A stretch of 64,000 nucleotides of DNA, taken from NCBI GenBank assembly GCA_964558645.1, contig CAZLEV010000014.1:1-64000 (forward strand), written 5' to 3'. Below, one piece after another: positions 34,195 to 44,100 of this stretch. The stretch is from an uncultured archaeon (lineage in GTDB: Archaea > Asgardarchaeota > Thorarchaeia > Thorarchaeales > Thorarchaeaceae). The notes under the pieces are model-generated. The model saw only the letters and a list, made by a program, of their open reading frames with translations. It did no database searches and was not told the origin of the DNA. Both the position numbers and the translations under genes were made by a program. The first letter of the stretch is position 1. Every line of letters starts with the position of its first letter.

Positions 34195-34578
34195 CTAATC
34201 CGGAGTTCGTCTCTTAAGCGTTCGAATGACCGACTTCAGATGCTTCTTCACAAAGGACCTGAACTTGGGGTCATCCGTCAGGTAGATCATCGTTTGCGAT
34301 TGGATGCTCTCGACACCACCTTCTACCTCAACGGCCTCGCCGAGCTCAATCAAATCAGTCTGAAATATGCCGTTGATAGCATGTGGGGAGAATCCTTCCC
34401 TCTTGAATGCGGGCATAATCTGCTCCTTCGTTGCAGCTCCCCCAAGCTTTAGTAACGAGAGCACAACTAACCAATGATGCCAGGCAAGTGTGTAGTTTTC
34501 AAGAAAATGCATTACATCGTCAAGCGATCGTGTCAATGTCTTTGCTCTCCTTCGCATCGAATAGTGAAACAAGTCCAC
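34195..34578 (-). CDS. Hypothetical protein (last gene of the GTPase/coiled-coil cluster)
   Basis: 127-aa ORF whose GTG start abuts the upstream stop with no gap. Confidence 0.75.
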   Translation of the reverse strand: MDLFHYSMRRRAKTLTRSLDDVMHFLENYTLAWHHWLVVLSLLKLGGAATKEQIMPAFKREGFSPHAINGIFQTDLIELGEAVEVEGGVESIQSQTMIYLTDDPKFRSFVKKHLKSVIRTLKRRTPD

Positions 34579-35943
34579 CTAGCTATCGTTGTCATCAATC
34601 TCTGGTCTTTCGGCAGGCGGGATATCTTCATCTACCCTGCTTTGTTCCATCGTCTTCTCTAGCTCAACCTTTGCATCCTCTAGGACCTTCTCTTCAGCAC
34701 CCGCGGCCTCTTGAGCCACTTGGGAGAGATTCCGTGGGCGGATACGTTCATCATCAATCTCCAAGAGACCCACATCTATGAACTTCTGCAACTGTCGCTT
34801 TAGTAAGACAACTGGCACTCCAAGCGCTGATGAGAGGTGAGAGAGCTGAAACCAGTGTTTCTTGTCCGCAACAACGAAGTAGGCCTTGAATCCTGGTTCG
34901 TCCTCAGCCACCTGATAGAGCATGTCCCAACGCGCCTCCAGCTCCGCAATCTGAATGGCAAGTCTCTCAGCCTCGGCCTCTGAAGAGTCCCGTTCTCCGC
35001 TGAGGACGGCGAGTTTCTCATCCAGCTCGTCTATCCGTGCTTCCATGTGTACCGCAGATCCACTGAGTTGTGAAACTTCATCACGAAGCTGTTCGATTGT
35101 CGAGTTTCTTTGTGAAATCGTCTCATTGGCCGCTGCGAGTTTCCCCTTGAGTTCAGAGATCTCTTGTGTCTTCTCTTCATAGTCTGACACAAGTTCCTCG
35201 GCCGAATCCAGTTTTTCGATGAGTCTTCGTTGTTCATCAATCTGGGACTTTGCCTGTTGCAGTTCTCCCTTCAGTGCAGATAAATCGGCATCACGAGACT
35301 CCAATGTAGCCTCAAGGTTCGATACGACTTGTTTGAGCTGAGCGATTTCCTCCTGACTCTCATTCAGCGACTTGTCCTTTGATGAGATTACGGTCTCGAG
35401 CTCAGTCACACGTGAGCGGAGTTGTCTAATATTGACTAGAGCGGCCTCAAGATCTTGCTCTCTCTCATTTAACCGGGCATAGAGGCGTACCAGGCTTGAC
35501 TGCAGACTTGCAGTAGACTGTCCGATTGTGCGTACTGTCCCTCTACTGGACTTGGTTACGATGTCTCTGACTTCCTCTCGAACCTCACTGATCGTGTCAA
35601 AGACTGGTGCTAGAACGGCCTCGCTCGATAGACCTGACTCCAGCTCATCTTTGGCGATAGATACCGCCCGTGTTGTGAATACACCTAGGCCTGCGGCCTT
35701 CAACTTCGATGATAGATTCTCTATGATTCCGTCGACCTGCTCATCGACTCCATCTTGTGTAGATTTCAGACTGTCCTCAACAGTAGACAGAAGGTCTTCC
35801 ATCCGAATCTGTATTCTGTTGAATGTTTCATTTATGAGTCTGGTACTCGAGGTTTCATCTGTCCTCTCCTGACCGGTGTTTCCCGAAGGCTCACGACGAT
35901 TCGGGTCAAACTCAATTCCATCTGCGGACATGGCTTGGTCCAT
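34579..35943 (-). CDS. Long coiled-coil protein with C-terminal winged-helix-like domain
   Basis: About 200 aa of heptad repeats, then LSHLSSALGVPVVLLKRQLQKFIDVGLLEID. The start may be CTG at 36015. Confidence 0.85.
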   Translation of the reverse strand: MDQAMSADGIEFDPNRREPSGNTGQERTDETSSTRLINETFNRIQIRMEDLLSTVEDSLKSTQDGVDEQVDGIIENLSSKLKAAGLGVFTTRAVSIAKDELESGLSSEAVLAPVFDTISEVREEVRDIVTKSSRGTVRTIGQSTASLQSSLVRLYARLNEREQDLEAALVNIRQLRSRVTELETVISSKDKSLNESQEEIAQLKQVVSNLEATLESRDADLSALKGELQQAKSQIDEQRRLIEKLDSAEELVSDYEEKTQEISELKGKLAAANETISQRNSTIEQLRDEVSQLSGSAVHMEARIDELDEKLAVLSGERDSSEAEAERLAIQIAELEARWDMLYQVAEDEPGFKAYFVVADKKHWFQLSHLSSALGVPVVLLKRQLQKFIDVGLLEIDDERIRPRNLSQVAQEAAGAEEKVLEDAKVELEKTMEQSRVDEDIPPAERPEIDDNDS

Positions 35944-36026
35944 CAGACTTCTTGTCTTGTCCTCAATCCCCGGTGTTCTGGTGTCATCTCCAGGTGTATC
36001 TTGCTCGTCGGGCAGCGTTCCTCACC

Positions 36027-36392
36027 TCAGTGAAGAATGCCGCGATACCCCATGGCTGTCAGTCTTGAGGAGGTCGAGTTCAGCTTCTCAGTCACTTGAG
36101 AAGCCTCCTGTATGCGAAGCATGAGCTGCTTCCTGAACTCGTTGGGTGTCAGTTCTCCACGATCGAGTTGCATGGTGAGTTGACCACGCTCATCTTTGAG
36201 CTCGTCACGTCGCTTCTTCAGACGTTCGTATTCTGCAACGAGAGATGCCAACTCGCTCTGATCCTCAGGCGAGAGTTCCTCCACCGATTGTTTCATCTTA
36301 GAAGGAGGCTTACTAGTAAGGATCTCACGACCCTTAACCCTAGTGTCTCTCTTGTCTTCTTTCTTTCTTCTCCAACGATCGAATAGTCCCAT
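36027..36392 (-). CDS. Small basic helical/coiled-coil protein
   Basis: MGLFDRWRRKK N-terminus (amphipathic, basic). GELTPNEFRKQ is SHOCT-like. Confidence 0.75.
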   Translation of the reverse strand: MGLFDRWRRKKEDKRDTRVKGREILTSKPPSKMKQSVEELSPEDQSELASLVAEYERLKKRRDELKDERGQLTMQLDRGELTPNEFRKQLMLRIQEASQVTEKLNSTSSRLTAMGYRGILH

Positions 36393-36407
36393 TTTCTGAT
36401 CACCTGA

Positions 36408-36974
36408 TTAGTCTAGTTCTTCTTTAATGCTCTTGAGTTGACTCTCAAGGTCAAGTCGCATCTCTCTTGCGACTCGTGCCTTTTCTTCATATTCGGTTGC
36501 ACTGGCAGGATCATTGAGCCCCATCTCCAAAAACTCGTTCTCTCTCTCAAATAGACGTCCGATTTTTAGCTCTAACTCGGAGGCTTGTTTCTTGAGGTTC
36601 TCCCGACTTCTATCAGTAGCTTCCTCGTCGGCCGCTCGACTGGCCATCGACAATCCTTCAGCGGTGACTCCTTTGTCAGGCTCTGCAATCTCTACCTCGC
36701 CAGAGCCAGAGGAAACTCGAAGCTCTATTCCCTCATCTAGCTTCTTTTCAAGAGAGTCCATCCGCTCCATGATTTGGAGCATAGTTGACTCCAAGCGCTT
36801 CATCACCACTGTCTGACGATTCACAGTCTTGAAAATCTCATCAGCAAATTCCTCGAAGTTCAGACCGTACTTGAAGCTATCAAGAACGTCCTTGATCCTC
36901 GTTATATCATCTATGAGTCTCTTGCGTTCCTTATCATCTACTAGATCTTGTGCGGATGGGTTCGGATAATCCAT
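36408..36974 (-). CDS. Coiled-coil hypothetical protein
   Basis: ATG at 36974, 1 bp after the GTPase stop. Acidic helical composition. Confidence 0.75.
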   Translation of the reverse strand: MDYPNPSAQDLVDDKERKRLIDDITRIKDVLDSFKYGLNFEEFADEIFKTVNRQTVVMKRLESTMLQIMERMDSLEKKLDEGIELRVSSGSGEVEIAEPDKGVTAEGLSMASRAADEEATDRSRENLKKQASELELKIGRLFERENEFLEMGLNDPASATEYEEKARVAREMRLDLESQLKSIKEELD

Positions 36975-36975
36975 A

Positions 36976-37857
36976 TCATTCCACCTCAATATCGTTGACA
37001 ATCTTAAAGTCCAGAGTCTCAAAGGCTACCCCCTTCAGGAGTTTCAACCAGCGGTCTCGAAAATCTCGCCGGTTGGCCTGCATTCCATATGCAGGAACAT
37101 CTAGGCGCTTGCCTACCTCTTCCGGTGATAACGCTCCCTTCAGGTCCTGCTTGTTAGCTATGGCTACTACACGTGCGTAAGGCAGTTCTGACTTCAGAAC
37201 GGGGTATGCAACCCGCTTTGTCCATTCCATGTTCTCTTTCGTCGAGTCAGTAACTACAACGACCATACTACCTGCACGGATGATTTTCCCCCATTCTTGG
37301 ACGAAGCGGTCTTGACCTCCGAGATCAAACATACTGAACACGTAAGGATCGAAATCGGCCTTTAGAAGGGCCTTATCGCCAAAGAATGTTGGAACATAAT
37401 CCTGAGGAGGACCCTGGGAGGGTAGCGTTGCCAGCTCGAGAAGGGTGGTCTTACCAGTACCACCATGCCCTGCAAGACACACCTTCACAGGTATGCGACC
37501 CACAATAGAACGGAAACCGACTTTGAAGGGTGAAAAATCGGTAGCTTTCCACTCGTCTGACTCCAAGACGTTCTCGAAAGCCGTCATGAACTTCGAAACC
37601 ATGCTCATCATGGCTTCAGTTACTTTCTGCAACGAGGCCTGACGGTCCATCGTGACGATGAACTGCGTGTCATGAGAGTTCATGTACACATATCGGAACC
37701 GCTCGATCTCCATGCTATCTATCTTCCATTCCTGGAGCTTCTGTGCAGAAGAAGAAACTAACATCATGACCGCCTCTGTGTTAAGGTCGTTGTTGGGAAC
37801 AATCACATCGCTGAACAGTGTTTGTCCTTCCTTGAACACGTATATCTCACGAATCAT
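36976..37857 (-). CDS. Longin-domain / Arf-like small GTPase fusion
   Basis: G1 GHGGTGKT, G2 YVPT, G3 DLGGQ, G4 NKQD (Arf/Sar-type). The N-terminal ~120 aa are longin-like (IREIYVFKEGQTLF). Confidence 0.9.
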   Translation of the reverse strand: MIREIYVFKEGQTLFSDVIVPNNDLNTEAVMMLVSSSAQKLQEWKIDSMEIERFRYVYMNSHDTQFIVTMDRQASLQKVTEAMMSMVSKFMTAFENVLESDEWKATDFSPFKVGFRSIVGRIPVKVCLAGHGGTGKTTLLELATLPSQGPPQDYVPTFFGDKALLKADFDPYVFSMFDLGGQDRFVQEWGKIIRAGSMVVVVTDSTKENMEWTKRVAYPVLKSELPYARVVAIANKQDLKGALSPEEVGKRLDVPAYGMQANRRDFRDRWLKLLKGVAFETLDFKIVNDIEVE

Positions 37858-38124
37858 GGTTTCTCACAGTCCATCTATGAGAGAGAGCCTTCATTTGAAA
37901 GAAGACCCATCGTAATACCTTTCGATATATTCTCCAGTTGGTCATGCAAGTACCAATATGATGGAGTCCTCGGCGGGTGAATCGGCCCGTCACGCATGCA
38001 AGAGAGCCTGTAGAAGACAGGCATGAATTCCCCAAGCTATGGGTCCCACTCATATGATACTCGGGATTCTCTTTCTGAAAGTGGCTTATAGCGCTATCTT
38101 GTTTATACTTGAACTTAGAGAGCA

Positions 38125-38172
38125 AGAAAGCAGGAAAAGAAGAGTGAAGGAGGGAGGCCTGAAGCTCCCTCC
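38125..38172 (-). terminator. Hairpin plus pyrimidine tract after the giant surface protein gene
   Basis: Stem GGAGGGAG/CTCCCTCC (38149-38172) followed on the minus strand by TTCACTCTTCTTTTCCT. Confidence 0.65.
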
Positions 38173-38195
38173 CATATTTCATAGTTCGGAAACAG

Positions 38196-41100
38196 CTATT
38201 CCTCATCGTCCTGAGTCTTCGACTCCAGGACTCGTCGCAGCTCCTCAGCGCTGAGTTGCATCAGCTCCTCTGTCGGAAACGCCTCTCGTATCTCATCAGG
38301 TAGCGTCTCGATGAGCTCCATCTTGAGCCGATCTTCTTCGGAAGGCTCTTCTTCGGCCACTGTTTCGACTTCTTCGACCTTATCTTCAGCCTCGTCCTCA
38401 GAGGATTCTAACTCAGGCTCGAGCTCGTCTTCGATCTCAGGTTCCGCATCAGCCTCCGCCTCCTCTTCCGGTTCAGCATCGGCCTCCGAGGTCTCTTCCA
38501 ATTCAGGCTCCGCTTCTTCCTCCGGCTCGATATCTGCCTCCGCGTCACCCTCAGGTTCAAGATCTTCAGTTGGCTCTTCAACGCTTTCAACCTCCGGTTC
38601 TGGTTCAGCCTCGGCCTCTGCCTCAATCGAATCCATCTCTGCCTCAAGCTCAGCCTCGTAGTCTGCCATCTCGGCTTCAAGGTCATCAGCACCCTCCGCT
38701 CCAACCTCGTCCAAGGCGTCGAGTTCGCCCAAGAGATCTTCAGTATCTTCGTCGAGCATCTCCTCATAACCGAGGTCAGAAGTGACTTCAATACGAGGTG
38801 CCTGAATATCGAGGTCTGCAAGACCAGGAGCAAGAAGATCTGATACAACTGCACCCATGTCCTTGATACCCTCGACCTTGGCAGCCTTGTTGTCTGCAAT
38901 CTTCTTGAGCGCAGCATTGATCTGCTTGATCTGATAGGGTACTCTCCATCGACGAACGGCAGTGACTACGCTTCCGACAACAATGAATCCACCCAACATC
39001 AACAAGAAGAGGAACAACTGTGACTGCGGGACAACTAGTGTTGTCACTACAAGTGGAATTGTGAACTGGGTCTCTATGACGCGGGCCTCAGCCGTGACTC
39101 CGATATGACTCTCATAGCCATCTGCAACAATACTGACTGTGATGGCGTAGGGATCACTGCTTATTTCTCCAATCTGTAAGGGGGAGATCTCAATGTAGTA
39201 ACGACCATCTTCAGCCACAGCAAAGTCATCCTTGGTGAACTCTGCCATTGGCGTTGTCAGCGTCAATGAGGTTACAGCAGAGAAGGGTACCTGCTGGTTC
39301 TTCGTGGTGTCAAAGTAGTTCACGTATATAGTTACAGAATCATCTATCTGTACCTGGATGTTTGGCACTGTCAGGCTCGTCGACGCCGAAATGTGCAAGG
39401 TGACCTGTGTAGTAGCTGTCGTGTAGTTGTCCAATGTGGCGGTGAAGTTCACCGTGAATATCCCAGGTATCAGAGAGGAATCCAGTGTCGTGGGATCGAG
39501 AACGAACCTGTAGGTTGCAGTGGAGGCATCCCAGGTTCCGGCCTGACCACCAGCGAAGTCTGAAATCATTTCATCTGCTCTAAGGACTCGGCCAGCAAAG
39601 GTCATTCCTGAGCTGATGTTGTAGGTCAAGCGCACCGTGAAAGCAGGACCTCCGTAGATACCCTCGAAGGTGCTCTGACTCGGATACAGACCGGCTGTCA
39701 CGGCCTCGACTGTGACTTCGACAGTCCAGCTACTGAAAGTGTAATTCTTGTTAGATGTGTGAACCACAATGATGTACTCGCCCGCAGAGATCTGGCTTGA
39801 GTTGACTGTGGTGAGATATCCGCCGTTCCCAATACCGCTGAAAATCCCGGATACTGAGGTTCCTTGCCAAGTGTACATGACAGTCAGTCCGTTGATAGGG
39901 TTGTCCAACGAACCATAATCTTGATTCACGTTGACACGAAGGTCAAACTCCTCACCCCAGACCACCGAAATAGGAGTCGTCTGAGATACGTCCTTAGTAA
40001 TGACCGCCGGAATCGGACGGACATAGAGGTCTGTCGAGTTTGTACCATCGACATAGTTGTCGAGAGTATACGAGAACTCAAATGAGTACTCCGTGCTCCC
40101 ACTGAACCAGTCGTCAGTTTGGATGATCCAAGTGAATATGCCCGAACCGTTGTTACTGATCAGCTGAGTGTAACCAGTGCCAGGTACTGTCAGGGTTATC
40201 GCTGCCGCTCCATCCACCAGCACGTTGTGTTCAGTGTCCCAGAGTCTAGCCACAAGCTGCAGTTCGTTACTCCAGTTGACCTCATCCACCTCATCGATTA
40301 TAAGTGCAGTAGGTGCCTCCCGAATGAGAATGACAGCCGTTGTGAGTTCATGAGGTTCGAATCCGCTACGAGTCATGGTGATTCTCACAACGTAGACAGA
40401 GCCCTGAACAGCGGCCGTCATGCCCAGGTCCCGGGTATTCAGGCTGAATGTGTACCATCCATCACCACTGTTGACACCCGTGGTAACATTGGCTGAAATC
40501 CCAAGGACTGCGCAGGTGGCTGTGTCAATCTCAGTGATGGGGAGATTGTCAAGCGTATTGTTCCAGTAGAACAATACGTCGAATGTATCGTCGTAGAACT
40601 GCTCGTAGTAGTCCTGGTCCAAGATTATCTCGTTGGGAGTTGAACTAATCACTACATAGATTGTGGACACTGTTGTGGTGCATCCTGCCTTTTCTGCGGT
40701 GAGTACGATTGTGTAGTAGTCATCAATGTAAGACAGGTCGTTTGGAAGCGCATTGTTTGCATTCAGAGTCACGTAGTAGAGTCCTGATGCCCCCTCTGTC
40801 AGCGTTCCACTCTGATCAATCACCGACTCCATGTACCAGGAGTAGGTGATGCCAGCTCCATCCACAGGTGTATCAGTTCTTGATTGGTCGAAGAGCGTGA
40901 CGTTTATGTCGAACGTATGTGTCCAGTAGGTCTCCAGTGGACTCTCTGCGGAACCGAAGGACGTCTCAACCAACAACGGAATGAGGATTGTGATATCAAC
41001 CTGAACCTCTGCGTTCTCGTGATTGGCAAGGGAGAATTCGACGGAAACTGTGTAGGTATCCGACTGCGCTGACGTGTCGAAGCCGAGCCTGTAGACACCA

Positions 41101-44100
41101 GAGCCCTGGTAACTCACCGACATCGGCTGTGTCCAGTTGCTTGTAACAGACGCACCGGACAGGCCAACAATCCCGCTGTCGCGGACGAATGAGAGGTCAA
41201 ATACTCCTGTGTCCAACCAGTCTACAGTTATTGCGGATGAAGTTATGAGATCGAGAGTCGTTGGTGCAGGACTGACATGTAGTAGCAGGGAGTCAGCTGC
41301 GGCTGTTTCGTAGTTAGACTTGGAACAGGTGACCCTCAAGAAGTAGTCTGCATTTGCATCTAACAGATCAGAGGGGAAGGTTGTTGTGTATGTTCCAAGC
41401 GTTGGACTAAGTGTCCGAGGGGTCATATTGTAAATCGACACCCAGCTGCTAGTGAACCATTGTAAGGTGACAGTAATCCCGGAGAGTTCTGGGTTGCTTG
41501 AGTTCAGGTCGTTAATGTAGTCGAAAGCAATTATTTCGCTTCCGGTGTCCCAGAAATAGCTACTTGCAATCAACGAATCAACTCTCATCGGAACAGGGTC
41601 GATGGTGACATCTAGGACAACCGTCCTATTGACATAGTTCTGCTTCGATAGAGCAATCGTGACCGTATAGAATCCCACCGGCAACCCGTGTAGAGCACTT
41701 GCTGGCAAGGTATAGAACTCACCAGCATCTACTAGACTACCCCAGCTCACGTTTGTGGCACCCAGTTTGACAAGGTATGTGTACCCATCCAAGTCTGCAA
41801 GATTCATACTACTCGGAATACTTGTGCTTAGCCAGAAGTCGTGCGCTTCATGTGTCTTGTAGTAATCGTCAATGGCACTTGTACTCTTTCCCAGTGTGGT
41901 GGAAGTAGCCTTCACTGTTATGTAGAAGGTCAAGGGCGTCGGATCATCGACGCTATCGTCATGAGCAGAAACAATCACGATATATGCCGTATCTGATACA
42001 TTCATTTTCCAGAAAAGGGTGTCAATCTGGATGGTGAAGTTGAGTCCACCGGTCTGGTCGTAGACATGGTTGGAGCCACTCCAGTTCCAAGTTCCACTAC
42101 CTATTGGATTTCCTGAGAAGTATATTGTGAAGTTCACCCAGGATGACGAGTCGAACAATATTAGCTTGTCTTCTGGTGAACCAACACTCCCATCTCTATC
42201 GTAGAATCCAACTGTGAAGTTCACATGCTGGCCATAGAATGGGCTTGCGAAGTATGCAGTTGAGTTAAGCTCCGAATAGAGATCATCATATAAATCAGTG
42301 GGAAGAGTGATGACGTTCACATACGTCCAATTGTAGTCACATCGCACGACAATCGCGGATGTAGTAGTTTCACCGGACTTGATGACTACTGTATAGCTCA
42401 CAGACTGCGGAGAAGACATGTTTCCATGAATATTGTAGAACACCGCATATCCTGTGGAGTTCGTTGAGCCTTGAGCAACAACCCCTATTCCTACGAGTGT
42501 TACATTGACTTGAGCCCCTTGTACAGGAGATGTGTCACTTATCTGAGCCTTGACATTGAGCCGCGTAATTGCGAGGCCAACTGTCTGAGAATGTTCTCCT
42601 TGAATGTCCAACATCTCGATTGAGTTGTTGTACGCGATTGGCGTGTCGGAGTAGTCATCATGTTTCTCCACCCGGGCATACCAAGAGCCATTAACAACAC
42701 GGTGGAAGTTGTATTTGCCATCAGCGTTTGTCTTTCGGGTCAAGTCATACTCGGGACCGGCAGTATTGTTGATAGTTACATATGCGTTCTGGACTGGTTG
42801 GTCGTCCCAGCTTACAACATCTAGCCGGATTGTGACTAGTGGCATAGTCCACGAGTGCTGGAACGGGGACGAACTGAACTCATCTGATGCAATGGACCAG
42901 CTACCAAAGTCCGCAATTTGTTCGTATGTATACGATGATACGTTGCCATTGTAGCTAGCGAAGACAGTGTAATCATCCTGAGGAATACGATAGAAGTTCG
43001 CCCAGCCACTTGAGTTTGTGGACACCTGAGCAGAGTAGACGCCGGAATCGGACTCATTTGACATCCGCAGCGTTGTGGTTTCGTCTGGCGTCTGAGCCAT
43101 TGCATCACCCATGAGATCCTTCATGTAGATGGAGAAGCTACCCATAGGAAGTGTAACAGTGACGGGTGTCACCGGCCCGGTGATGCTTTCTGTCGGACTT
43201 GCCTGAACCCAGAGTTCAGCATAGGATGTGGTGAGCCAACTCTTTGCATCGATTTCTGTGCGAATCGTGTAGTCCCCGTCACTGAGACCCTCAAAGACAA
43301 CGAGACCATTGCTGTCAGTTGTTCCTGTTCGATTCAGACCGTTGTCATCCACCCAGAGGGTTCCATCGCTTGCGTTATAGAGGGTTACCGTTGCTCCCTC
43401 GACTGGGAAACCATCAAGGTCCTCTACAGTTACGTCGAACTCGAAGAGGTGGATTTCATCGCTGATGGATATGGCAAGGGCGTTCTCATCGGCATCATTG
43501 TTGAAGGTCGGAACCATCCATCCATATCCAGTGTCTCCTGTCGGGTTGTATGGTGAAGAGGTCGAGAATTTGCCAACCAGCACTACTGAGACTGATGCAT
43601 TTGAGTTGATGTGGTAAAGGGTAGCGGATGAAGATAGGGGGCGAAAAGCGGCCGCCCCGCCTGCGGGAATACTCAACGTTCCGCTGTTGTAGCCGCTGAC
43701 CTCGACTCGGGCGTTCTCTGTGGCCACAATCATGAACTTCCATCCGTTGTTGCCCCACATCTTGAAGCTCGATCCGTATCGATCGCCTGACAAGGAGGGA
43801 ACCCAATCGCCTGCGTCTCCAGGAGTGTCAGGCCTGTATACTCCATAGACCATCAGATTAGCTCCTGACTCTCCCTTGATATGGAGAATGTCTTCTTGGT
43901 CACCAGAACCGGCCGAACCACGTGGGATATCGACTGAACTATTGGCGCCGATCCGTTCCGTAGTCTTGGATCCCCATCCCGAACCGGCATTGCGCCAGTA
44001 ATCAACGTCTACGGCTGAATCGCCCAGATTCGTAACGCGTGTGTAATCGTAGGAGTGCCCCATGTCTATGGTGTAGAATTCCTCGCCGCTCAGCTTGCCA

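Noticed and set aside
38173-38186. Fifth copy of the DUF35 gene-end core (ATTTCATAGT)
   Set aside because: Only about 10 bp match and the rest of the core is absent, which is expected by chance.
38290-38760. Short nucleotide repeats (TCAGCCTCGGCCTC-like) as a repeat array
   Set aside because: They are irregular and fully explained by Glu/Ala/Pro low-complexity coding.
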